A stretch of 34,026 nucleotides of DNA, from the NCBI GenBank assembly GCA_020350905.1, contig CP070843.1, positions 1,074,584 through 1,108,609 of the forward strand, read 5' to 3'. The notes under the pieces were generated by a model, which ran no database searches, was not told where the DNA came from, and saw nothing but the letters and a program-made list of their open reading frames with translations. How positions within the stretch are numbered: position 1 is the first letter of the stretch; the number at the start of each line of letters is the position of its first letter. A program made the position numbers and the translations under genes. This stretch comes from Deltaproteobacteria bacterium. Lineage in GTDB: Bacteria; Desulfobacterota; Syntrophobacteria; BM002. This document shows, one piece after another, positions 24,743 to 32,896 of this stretch.

Positions 24743-25654
24743 ATGAGAATAGCTATGATCGGGTTGGGGCGCATGGGAATGAATATGGCAAAACGGATCC
24801 TCCAGGGTGGCCATGAGGTTGTAGCCTATAACCGGACCCCCAGCAAAACCGAAGAGATTGTCAAAGAGGGTGCGATAGGGAGCTTTGCACTGACCGAACT
24901 CGTTGACAAGTTGACCGCGCCACGGGTGGTTTGGCTCATGCTTCCCGCTGGCAAACCGGTTGATGACCATCTTGACCAGCTCTTGGAGTTGCTTGCCCCG
25001 GGTGACATCGTTATCGACGGGGGGAACACCTACTACAAAGATGATATTCGTCGGGCAGAGATGCTGGCTGAAAAGGCAATCAAGTTCATGGATGTGGGAG
25101 TAAGCGGCGGCATCTGGGGGCTCGAGGTTGGTTATTGCATGATGATGGGTGGAGAGCGAAGCGTCTACGAGCATCTTGAACCCATTTTCAAAACTCTTGC
25201 GCCTGAGGACGGCTACCTCTATTGTGGCCCCACCGGTGCCGGGCACTTCGTCAAGATGGTTCATAATGGCATCGAGTACGGCATGATGCAGGCCTACGGG
25301 GAAGGATTCGCCATTATGGAGGGATCATTTTATGCTGAGTTTCTAGATTATTCTCAGGTTGCTCATCTCTGGAATCAGGGTAGTGTTATTCGGTCCTGGC
25401 TGTTGGAGCTGCTAGAAGCAGCCTTTGGCAAAGATGAACGGCTAACTAAAATTCGTGGCTATGTGGAAGACTCTGGGGAGGGACGTTGGACCGTGCAGCA
25501 GGCTGTGGAGAGCGGAGTATCAGCCCCGGTTATAGCTCTTTCACTTTTCAGAAGGTTCCGATCGAGGGAGGAAGATGCCTTCGAAGATAGGGTTCTCGCC
25601 GCCCTTCGGCGGGAATTTGGTGGGCACGCAGTCAAGACTTCCGAGCGCAAGTAA
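24743..25654 (+). CDS. gnd: 6-phosphogluconate dehydrogenase (decarboxylating), short ~300-aa form
   Basis: MIGLGRMGMNMAKR NAD(P) fold, GGNTYYKDD, VSGGIWG and GAGHFVKMVHNGIEYGMMQAYGEGF. GAAGGAG Shine-Dalgarno upstream. Confidence 0.92.
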   Translation: MRIAMIGLGRMGMNMAKRILQGGHEVVAYNRTPSKTEEIVKEGAIGSFALTELVDKLTAPRVVWLMLPAGKPVDDHLDQLLELLAPGDIVIDGGNTYYKDDIRRAEMLAEKAIKFMDVGVSGGIWGLEVGYCMMMGGERSVYEHLEPIFKTLAPEDGYLYCGPTGAGHFVKMVHNGIEYGMMQAYGEGFAIMEGSFYAEFLDYSQVAHLWNQGSVIRSWLLELLEAAFGKDERLTKIRGYVEDSGEGRWTVQQAVESGVSAPVIALSLFRRFRSREEDAFEDRVLAALRREFGGHAVKTSERK

Positions 25655-25782
25655 CAACAGAAGTACTTTCATCTCTCACAGAGCTCACGGAGTACTCTGA
25701 GGACTCGAGCTACCGGAGGGAGCGGGCGAGAGCTAAACAGAGATTTTACGAAGAGCAAAGGCATGGTACGTTTACCACCTAG

Positions 25783-25820
25783 CTTGTTGGCCGGTGAAGC
25801 CGGTGGCCGCAAGGTTTTTT
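25783..25820 (+). terminator. Probable rho-independent terminator after gnd
   Basis: A GC-rich interrupted stem (cttgttGGCCGGtgaaGCCGGtGGCCgcaagg) followed by TTTTTT (25815-20). Confidence 0.55.
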
Positions 25821-25951
25821 GAATTTAATCCGGACGGAATGTAATCTATCTGCTGTGGTTACGACATATGGTCAAAAGTAAACAGAACATTACAGGTACT
25901 CACAAAGAAAACAAACTAAAAAGTACAGCAATTGAACTTGAGGGAGAGAAC

Positions 25952-26650
25952 ATGGCACAAGCAATAGAGTCTGCAACTCCACGTCGCAAGAAAGCCATGA
26001 TGAAAGCATTGATATTTGTGGCTTTTATTATAACAGCCATCTACATTATTAAGTTCACGCCGGTTCAAGGGTATCTTACAGCAGAGGCATTGGGCCGCTT
26101 CCTGGATATGGCCGGGTTTTGGGCCCCTGTTGCTTTCGTATTATTTTATGCTGCGGGCATATGTCTTTTCGTGCCTGGAACGCTACTAACCGGTATAGGC
26201 GCTGCCATTTTTGGGGCCTATTGGGGGTTTCTCTATGTCTGGCTTGGAGCTATGGTAGGCGCCAGTGCAGCCTTTTGGATCGGGCGCACTCTAGGTAGAG
26301 AATTTGCAGCCTCGCTGATCGGGGATAAGTTGAAGAAATATGACGATTCTATTGAGCGGAACGGATTTGCCGCCACACTGTACCTGCGGCTTCTCTACTT
26401 CCCATTCACACCCATGAACTTCGGCATGGGCCTCACCAAGGTACGTTTTTGGGACTACTTTTTTGGTACGGGGCTGGGCATCATTGTCGGGACCTTTATC
26501 TTCACCTTTTTCATCGGTACACTGAAGGATGTCTGGGTTTCAGGAAACTGGGGTGAACTGCTATCTTTCAAGGTTTTCTTTTCCATAGGGTTATTTATCT
26601 TTTCACTCTTTATTCCGAAAATTATAAAAAAGATTAAAGGTGAGCAGTAG
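25952..26650 (+). CDS. TVP38/TMEM64 (DedA-related, SNARE-associated) family membrane protein
   Basis: Polytopic membrane protein with a glycine-rich re-entrant style segment (FVPGTLLTGIGAAIFGAYWGFLYVWLGAMVGASAAFWIGRTLGR). The ATG at 25952 follows GAGGGAGAG. The track ORF begins 28 codons earlier, at 25868. Confidence 0.85.
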   Translation: MAQAIESATPRRKKAMMKALIFVAFIITAIYIIKFTPVQGYLTAEALGRFLDMAGFWAPVAFVLFYAAGICLFVPGTLLTGIGAAIFGAYWGFLYVWLGAMVGASAAFWIGRTLGREFAASLIGDKLKKYDDSIERNGFAATLYLRLLYFPFTPMNFGMGLTKVRFWDYFFGTGLGIIVGTFIFTFFIGTLKDVWVSGNWGELLSFKVFFSIGLFIFSLFIPKIIKKIKGEQ

Positions 26651-26697
26651 AAAGTTGAGAATAAGAATAGCCGCCTAGACCAATAAGGAACAAAAAA

Positions 26698-26731
26698 CCC
26701 CAGACACTGAAGAGAGTGGTCGGGGCTTTTT
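26698..26731 (+). terminator. Rho-independent terminator after the TVP38-family gene
   Basis: CCCC(a)GACact ... agt(g)GTCGGGG stem with one bulge, followed by CTTTTTGTG. Confidence 0.7.
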
Positions 26732-27321
26732 GTGTCGATCTTGTGGGCTAGATATGGTGGCCGTTTTTTATAAGACTAAGTGTGAATGGAAGTATGAGAT
26801 CTATATTTTCAGTAGATCAGTGATGACTTTAGATAATAACGACTGATTTTTCTAAAGGTGATTGTTTGTACTGATATCACTCAGGTTGGGGTGGTGGAAA
26901 TAGAAACAAATTTCGAATTCTTCTAGATTGTCCTGGTTTGCAGTCATTTCGCAGAGATCTTGGTGCAATGGTTTTCTCTTCTAACAGGGCTTCTCAGGAG
27001 TCCAACACATCATCATAAATTCTTAACTTTTCAATGTCAGTCTCAGTGTAAGGGGGTCAGGTCAGTTTTGTAATTGCTTGATTTTATTAAAAAAGTCAAG
27101 ATTTTTTGAACTTTGCGCAAAAATTATGGTTTCTGTTGCCAGCGGCTAAGAAAGTAGGCTAACCTTAACGCTTCAATATTCCACAGGCAGGTGGGGTAAA
27201 GGTAAGATTTCAAGATGTTAAGATTTTGAGTCGTTCAAAAACTCAAACTTGATAGCAGTTATCGCAAATTCTGAACTGGCTAAGGTACACGCAGGATTTA
27301 GTGGCGTCTGAAGGGAGTTAT

Positions 27322-28620
27322 CTATGTAACTCTGATGACCACGAGGGTAATATCATCCTCGGGTTTAAGGCCAGATCTGAAACTCTCTAAATCGTTATAG
27401 ATGGCGTTGACAATGTCGTCTGCTTCCGCACTCGCGTTCTTGCGGAAGATGCTGTGGAAGCGCTCCTTGCCATACATCTCTCCATCTCTGTTGAAGGACT
27501 CCCATATTCCGTCAGTTCCTATGGCGATGATTTGTCCGCTGGTAAGTTCTGTTTTCAGGTTTTCCTCGTAGGCAAATTCTTCATCGAGGCCGAGGGCTAG
27601 TCCTCTGCCTTTTAGTTCCTCAAATTGGTCCTTAACCGGATCGTATATTATGGCCGGGTCATGACCGGCACGAACCCAGCGAAGATTTCCACTGTCAGTA
27701 TCAATGGTCATGTAGAGCAAGGTCATAAACCGACCTGTATCGAGGACATCCCGGGTTAAGTGGCGGTTCATCTCATTGACAATTTGAGAAATACTCCCAG
27801 GTTGAGAGGAGCGCATGCGGAGAAAAGTGCGAGCTGAAGTCATAAGGAGAGCTGCATCAACTCCGTGGCCGGTGATGTCTCCAACCACCACAGAAAATGG
27901 CCTGTCGGGGTACTCTTCGCCCAACAGATAGTCGAAATAGTCTCCGCCGATTTCCTCACAGGGGATGCTCCTCCCTGCTATATCGAGTCCGTTAATACGG
28001 AGATTCTTCTGTGGTAGGAGACTTTTTTGAACTTCTCCGGCAAGTTCCAGTGCTTTCTTGTGCTCAGTAATATCAACGAGGACTCCCTGAGTCTGTGTTT
28101 TGATGCCGTTGGCATCCTTGACAACGGATGTCTGGTCTTTTATCCAACGGACTTCACCACTCTTGGTTAGAATGCGATAGATCTGAGTGTATTCTTCCAC
28201 ATCTTTTTCAGCGTAATCTCTTATTTCCTCTTCAAAACGAGCCAAATCATCTGGGTGTACTATATCTTTGTAGTCCATGGTTCCATATAGAAGCCCATCA
28301 GTGGTATATCCAAATCGAGCTATATTGCGAGAAAAATAAAGCAAACTTGGTTGATCTCCTAATAGTCTTCGAAAAAGGATAACAGGACTTTTGTCGATAA
28401 TGACATTCGCCATGCGAAGCATTTCTTCGGTTCGGTCACGCTCAGCGCGCTCCTGAGCATATTCTCGGCTCTGTTTTTCAAACTTTTCTTCTAGCTCTCC
28501 GTACAAATTCTCAACTTTCTCTAAACGGCTTCGCAAACCTTCGGCTTCAGCTGCTTTCTGCTGCAATGAGTTCAATTTTTGGAGGAGTTCTTCTTTTGAT
28601 TTGGTGTCATCAGATGTCAT
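27322..28620 (-). CDS. coiled-coil/PAS-domain PP2C (SpoIIE-family) protein phosphatase
   Basis: N-terminal coiled coil (KEELLQKLNSLQQKAAEAEGLRSRLEKVENLYGELEEKFEKQ), a PAS-like core (VRWIKDQTSVVKDANGIKTQTQGVLVDITEHK), then PP2C motifs (GGDYFDYL, GDITGHGVDAALLMT, GTDGIWE, EDDITLVVIRV). I chose the ATG at 28620 (MTSDD). A GTG lies at 28644. Confidence 0.9.
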   Translation of the reverse strand: MTSDDTKSKEELLQKLNSLQQKAAEAEGLRSRLEKVENLYGELEEKFEKQSREYAQERAERDRTEEMLRMANVIIDKSPVILFRRLLGDQPSLLYFSRNIARFGYTTDGLLYGTMDYKDIVHPDDLARFEEEIRDYAEKDVEEYTQIYRILTKSGEVRWIKDQTSVVKDANGIKTQTQGVLVDITEHKKALELAGEVQKSLLPQKNLRINGLDIAGRSIPCEEIGGDYFDYLLGEEYPDRPFSVVVGDITGHGVDAALLMTSARTFLRMRSSQPGSISQIVNEMNRHLTRDVLDTGRFMTLLYMTIDTDSGNLRWVRAGHDPAIIYDPVKDQFEELKGRGLALGLDEEFAYEENLKTELTSGQIIAIGTDGIWESFNRDGEMYGKERFHSIFRKNASAEADDIVNAIYNDLESFRSGLKPEDDITLVVIRVT

Positions 28621-28907
28621 GGCAAATTTCCTATTAAAGTTCACTGCAGGTGCCCAAAGAACACTTTAGAGACTTAATTTTCAAATAAGATATACCATAT
28701 TCCTTCTAAACCAAGAAAGAGGACGGTTTGCAAATATCTGAACTTTCGGAAAATCAAAGATATGAAAAGTAAATCGAAACGTTTTGGTGGGATGCCAGAG
28801 TTTACATAAATAGCAGGAACCAAAAACTTTGAAGCCAGCGCCTCAACAACCAAATCTAGTACGAAATGCACTTTTATCAAATTAAGTTAGGTTATTGCAT
28901 AAGAGCT

Positions 28908-29708
28908 TTACTCTATTATGATGTCTCCGCAAACATATCTGGACGCCACCTCATTCGCGAACCGCACTGCGTCCTTAAAAGTCTTTCCATTCATAAGGGC
29001 ACAGTAAAAGCCTGCACGGAATGAATCTCCCGCTCCGATTGTTCTAACAACATTATTAACCCTTTTTGCTTGAATACTAATTTCTTCGTTTCTGTGAATC
29101 AGCCTCGCCCCTTCACTCCCCAGAGTTAAAACAATCCGTATTTTAGGTTCGCCCACAAGTTTCCGGATGAACCCATACTCGTTCTTATTACAGAAAAGCA
29201 GGTCCGCATATTTTAGTAGTTTCTGCAGAATTCCCTTGTCGTACTTGTAGAAAACCTCCTGCCCAGGGTCCAAAGCAATTCTTCCTCTCACCTTCTCAGC
29301 AACTTCAAGATATGATTCTGGAGACCCTGTGCAGAAATGAGTCCACTTCGCTTCGCCGAAAGATTGCCAGCGCGCATTATCCATGGGGCCTTGATAGATT
29401 GCTGCGATCTGCTCATTGCCGTCATCTATTATGTAGCAGAATGGACCGTCATCGTCTCCAAAAAGCACGCCATCTACACCCACACCGTTCCTTCTGAGTT
29501 TCTCGACGCATTCCTTTAGGGATTTGCCGACTGCCGAGTAAATATGCACACTCACTTCGAGCTTGGCTGCTATCATTGCGGTGTTGAAAGCGGTTCCCCC
29601 GCAGCATACTTCCCTATCAGTAACTGCAACTGATCCAACCTCTGGGATGTATGGTACGCGGAGAATTACGTCGCGATTAATATGCCCAAAAACGTTCAGA
29701 AACGGCAT
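28908..29708 (-). CDS. PfkB-family carbohydrate/nucleoside kinase
   Basis: Ribokinase-like fold motifs: N-terminal GHINRDV...GGTAFN and C-terminal TIGAGDSFRAGF (the GAGD anion hole). Confidence 0.88.
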   Translation of the reverse strand: MPFLNVFGHINRDVILRVPYIPEVGSVAVTDREVCCGGTAFNTAMIAAKLEVSVHIYSAVGKSLKECVEKLRRNGVGVDGVLFGDDDGPFCYIIDDGNEQIAAIYQGPMDNARWQSFGEAKWTHFCTGSPESYLEVAEKVRGRIALDPGQEVFYKYDKGILQKLLKYADLLFCNKNEYGFIRKLVGEPKIRIVLTLGSEGARLIHRNEEISIQAKRVNNVVRTIGAGDSFRAGFYCALMNGKTFKDAVRFANEVASRYVCGDIIIE

Positions 29709-29837
29709 CTTCCCAGTGCTTTCAAGATCCTTTTCTTAAATTAGGGGATTCCTGAGCCTGATTAGTATCTACTACTATACCAGAAACTCAACACCGTTGG
29801 TTCATGAGTCTTTTAACCGCTGATTCTTACGGCTGTG

Positions 29838-30125
29838 TCAGCAGCCTGTCTTCGGTTCTGACTTTGGCAGAGGAGCATCCCTTGGATTGCCTAGCTTTTC
29901 CTCAATCCACCATTCGTAGAAAGAGCAACGTCTTGTCTCCTGCCAGTGCAACATAGGATCCGTTCTCAACCGACATTGGCAATCGGTGGTGATGTAGGGG
30001 CAATCACGGGGGCACTTCGACGAAACAGGACCACCAGGGATAAAACGCTGTCTCTTAAGGGCCTTGACCGTTTTGCGCTTGCCTCCGCGCCATGCTTTGC
30101 CGCGTTGTTTAGAGTTCTTTCGCAC
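29838..30125 (-). CDS. hypothetical small basic Cys-rich protein (orfF of the unknown module)
   Basis: 95-aa ORF with a GTG start. The N-terminus is Lys/Arg-rich, followed by C-x3-C-x6-C-x-C (KCPRDCPYITTDCQC) and a Trp-rich tail. The nearest AGGAGG lies 17 nt upstream, which is too far, so the start and coding status are uncertain. Confidence 0.4.
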   Translation of the reverse strand: MRKNSKQRGKAWRGGKRKTVKALKRQRFIPGGPVSSKCPRDCPYITTDCQCRLRTDPMLHWQETRRCSFYEWWIEEKLGNPRDAPLPKSEPKTGC

Positions 30126-30245
30126 GTTATCTATGTTCCAATACCTCCTGGGAGATCTACTGACTTAGTGGCTATTTCCGAACGCCTTCACATAAAACGT
30201 CCAATAGGTTCCTACTTCTGAGTGGTAAGGTCTAGACAAGGCCCA

Positions 30246-30653
30246 TTACAACTTCCCTACTGCCTTGAACCCCTCAGGGGCATCCTGACCACTATCAAAG
30301 AAGCTCGCTTCCACCCAGTCATTCATGGCTTTGGTTAGAATCCTTTCCAAGTCCTTTTCTCGGTATTTAATGACCGTCTGTGCTACAAAGGGAAAGAGAA
30401 CGGAATCTGGCTCATCAATTGAGCCCTCCGGTCTTGACTGGGCAGGCTCTGCGAATACCATGACCCAAGCTATAGGTACTCTCCCCTCATGCCGCAGTGC
30501 TTTTATAAGCTCCTCGGCAAGGGCCTGGTAGACTTTGCTTCTGACTCCTCCCTCAATATTTACGGACTCCCGCAGATTGCGCTCGTCTAGCCGCTGTCTC
30601 CCATCTCGGTAAGCTTTCTTTTCCTTATTCCAGTTACGCAGCTGACTCACCAT
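30246..30653 (-). CDS. hypothetical protein (orfE of the unknown module)
   Basis: The ATG at 30653 is preceded by GGAAGGAGAG and overlaps the end of orfD by 20 nt. An alternative ATG lies at 30692. I recognise no motif. Confidence 0.6.
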   Translation of the reverse strand: MVSQLRNWNKEKKAYRDGRQRLDERNLRESVNIEGGVRSKVYQALAEELIKALRHEGRVPIAWVMVFAEPAQSRPEGSIDEPDSVLFPFVAQTVIKYREKDLERILTKAMNDWVEASFFDSGQDAPEGFKAVGKL

Positions 30654-30951
30654 ACTCTCCTTCCGCCAAGGCGAATTTACCCTCCTCGACATGTATCAGC
30701 CCTGAACGGATCATCTCAGCCACAATATTGTCTATGTGCGCTTGAATGGCTTGGTTTAGCTCTTTTTGTTGGAGATTTTTCGGGATAGCCTCTTTTAGCC
30801 ATCCTACGGCGCGGGACAAACTCCCATCCTCTGAAGCCCAGAATATAATGGTCAGAACCGGTAAGGCCTCTGCTGACGGACGGCTGGGATGTCCCTCGTA
30901 CCAAGGCTTGTCTTTGCGTCTCACAATAAGTCTGTTGCCGTTGTCTCCCAT
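30634..30951 (-). CDS. hypothetical protein with a possible C-terminal winged-helix (orfD of the unknown module)
   Basis: The ATG at 30951 is preceded by AAAGGAGGG at 12 nt. The frame stays open up to a GTG at 31092, so the start is uncertain. The C-terminal IVAEMIRSGLIHVEEGKFALAE looks like a wHTH wing, by eye only. Confidence 0.55.
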   Translation of the reverse strand: MGDNGNRLIVRRKDKPWYEGHPSRPSAEALPVLTIIFWASEDGSLSRAVGWLKEAIPKNLQQKELNQAIQAHIDNIVAEMIRSGLIHVEEGKFALAEGEYGESAA

Positions 30952-31058
30952 GTTATTTATTTCCCTCCTTTTTCTGCTCATCTTTATAAGTGTCTTGGCC
31001 AAGGCCCATTGGCGCTTGCTTCGAGTGGATAGATATGTTGGTATAACCTCACCTGGCC

Positions 31059-31406
31059 TCACCTCCACACTTTTCCGTTGAGGCTCACGCACGGCTCGTC
31101 ATCCCGTGCCTGTCCGAGATCCTGAATAAAGAACTCTAGGCTGTCCTCAAGGCAGACCGGACAGCGCGCCCGCATCATGTCCTTGACCAGCGACTGCTTG
31201 CTGTCCACCAATTTCCGAACCCGAAAGTGGTCGGGGCAGTTTCTACATGTCTCGGTGATAAGCCACCATCTGACCCTCCTGGCGCGCATGTGCATAAAAA
31301 GATCAGGCGAGCCGATCGGCTCATAGTTAACGCCATGGTCGGTCGGGGGTATGAATTCGCACGAAAGATGTTTCTTTTCGGGTCTTTTCTCAACTACTTC
31401 CGACAC
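31059..31406 (-). CDS. hypothetical zinc-ribbon-like protein (orfC of the unknown module)
   Basis: The GTG at 31406 is preceded by GAGGAGGGAGAG (core about 8 nt upstream). It contains CRNC-x24-CPVC, that is C-x2-C ... C-x2-C. Confidence 0.65.
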   Translation of the reverse strand: MSEVVEKRPEKKHLSCEFIPPTDHGVNYEPIGSPDLFMHMRARRVRWWLITETCRNCPDHFRVRKLVDSKQSLVKDMMRARCPVCLEDSLEFFIQDLGQARDDEPCVSLNGKVWR

Positions 31407-31445
31407 CGTCTCTCCCTCCTCTTGGTTAAAACAAGTCTTCCTTAC

Positions 31446-31631
31446 CTATGCGGTGATGACGAACTTTTTGGATGTTTTCTTGGGCAGCAACATTTCGAGC
31501 TCCGTCAGAACAAGATTCAGAATACCTATGGCTTCCCTGATGCTTTGAGTTATGTAGAATTTTCCGTGAGCGGTCATTCCTTTTTTCCAACTAATGAGAC
31601 TATCCATCATAATTTTTGCATCATTGATCAA
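31446..31631 (-). CDS. hypothetical 61-aa ORF (orfB), in frame with orfA across a single TGA
   Basis: A TTG start directly abuts the TGA of orfA (31632-31634) in the same reading frame. There is no Shine-Dalgarno of its own. It may be the C-terminal half of a 134-codon gene. Confidence 0.4.
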   Translation of the reverse strand: MINDAKIMMDSLISWKKGMTAHGKFYITQSIREAIGILNLVLTELEMLLPKKTSKKFVITA

Positions 31632-31850
31632 TCACATGGCTTCCACGTTGAGATCTTCGTAGTTTACGTCTGACTCGGTATAATGCCGACAGCAGTTCAC
31701 TCGGAACCAGGCTGCAGCTAGGCTCTTCGAAATTTCGATCCCTCTCATTGCGCCCCGCTCAATTTCTTTGAGCACAGATTTCAGGATCCTCAAGGTCTCA
31801 TAGAGGTGCCCTATAGCCTCGAGGGGTTGAGTTGCGGTCAGATTTGGCAT
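31632..31850 (-). CDS. hypothetical 72-aa ORF (orfA, first gene of the unknown module)
   Basis: The ATG at 31850 is preceded by GGAGGAG at 9 nt. The track ORF starts at a TTG at 31886. It is predicted to be helical and ends at a TGA. Confidence 0.5.
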   Translation of the reverse strand: MPNLTATQPLEAIGHLYETLRILKSVLKEIERGAMRGIEISKSLAAAWFRVNCCRHYTESDVNYEDLNVEAM

Positions 31851-32620
31851 TGTCTCTATCTCCTCCAAGTAAGTGGGAGCGGACAATTTAACTTCGAGGC
31901 AGACGTCGGGAATTCAAGCCGGCTTCGAAGCCCACTAAATCACGGTTCTTTGCAGGAGCAATGATCGGAGTAAAACCAAGCGCATCAACAAGGGGAGTTT
32001 ATGTTGAGGGGAGATTAGGTGTGGTTCAAGAGGTACATTATAAGCATTCGATGGAATACTACTGATTGTGAGCCCGAACACCCACTCCTTGTTGGTGCAG
32101 ACTCGAAAATGGTTCTTTTTTCACACATTTTTTTATTCATGATGACGGCAACTTATTGTTCTTCGTTACATTCTAATTATAAGATACATAGGCGCATTTT
32201 GCAATCCAAGTTCCACCCACTTTTTGTAACCAATTCGTTCAAAAGCTGAGCGTACGGAGGGCAGTTATAAGTATCCTGTATCCCTACTAGTTTTGCGTGA
32301 TATTGTAGATAACACACAAGACAGTTCGTCGCCAGGAACCTATTTATCTTATGGTATTCAAATAGGTAGTGTGGAAACACCACCATCTAGATACTGTGCC
32401 AAACTGCTGTGATCGGGAAATGAAAGTATCTTGCCTTATATTGAGATGTCAACATGTTAAGAGCTGAAAATCATATGGTGAGTCGGTTTGGAAAAAGGAA
32501 CGACCTAATATCTCATTTGATTGAGTTATATAAAGCCCTATCCAGCGGGAACTCACTTCAAGGGAGTTCTATTATCTCTTAGACCGATGGTATGATAGAA
32601 ATAGCTGAGGATTCTGCGAA

Positions 32621-32896
32621 ATGATTTGGATGGCTGAAAAGAGAGTATTCCAGCTCATATTTGATTTGGGATTCGAAAGCCTAGAGATACCCGTCCGCGT
32701 GAAATTCGAGTTTGAGGTCAAAGAAGGAAATTTAGTCCCTGACTCGCTCACCAAGACTATGCTTTACAACAAACAGCTCCTAAAGCGACGTTACCCAAAC
32801 TTGGACCACGCAGGCTTCCAACGCTCAATAGAAAGTAAGGTAGACAATGAGATTCAAAAACACCTCCAAGAGCACGGATTTATAGCACGGGTTTAG
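32621..32896 (+). CDS. hypothetical 91-aa protein
   Basis: An ATG with GAGGA 9 nt upstream. The composition looks protein-like (KFEFEVKEGNLVPDSL...). I recognise no family. Confidence 0.45.
   Translation: MIWMAEKRVFQLIFDLGFESLEIPVRVKFEFEVKEGNLVPDSLTKTMLYNKQLLKRRYPNLDHAGFQRSIESKVDNEIQKHLQEHGFIARV

Noticed and set aside
24596-25264. 222-aa minus-strand ORF
   Set aside because: It lies antisense to the strongly supported gnd gene, and its C-terminal end (3' portion) runs through repeat copy F. I recognise no motif. It is most simply a shadow ORF of a GC-rich coding region.
28674-28880. 68-aa hydrophobic minus-strand ORF between the PfkB and PAS-PP2C genes
   Set aside because: It has a TTG start without a Shine-Dalgarno sequence and lies in an AT-rich spacer. 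A small membrane peptide cannot be excluded, but nothing in the sequence supports it.
28645-28907. Search for a sigma-54 (TGGCAC-N5-TTGC) promoter upstream of the PAS-PP2C gene
   Set aside because: The only GG/GC pairs present (tggcatcccaccaaaa on the minus strand, ggacggtttgca on the plus strand) have the wrong spacing or lack the -12 TTGC element.
29946-30221. 91-aa plus-strand ORF
   Set aside because: It is antisense to orfF, with an Arg/Ser/Leu-rich composition and no RBS. It is less plausible than the co-directional minus-strand ORF, which is itself uncertain.
31632-31634. Selenocysteine reading of the in-frame TGA between orfA and orfB
   Set aside because: I could not find a SECIS-like hairpin within about 40 nt downstream, and the flanking residues are not a redox motif. 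I keep it as an observation but not as a Sec call.
32000-32110. Possible tRNA fragment or att site (ggttcaagagg, gcccgaacaccc) marking an island boundary
   Set aside because: There is no cloverleaf-compatible arms and no GGTTCGAATCC-type T-loop, and no matching direct repeat was found near 26.7 kb. The resemblance is too weak to call.
32019-32386. 76-aa (+) and 69-aa (-) ORFs in the AT-rich gap
   Set aside because: They overlap each other, lack a Shine-Dalgarno sequence, and have the stop-poor, AT-rich, low-complexity composition expected by chance in about 30-35% GC DNA.
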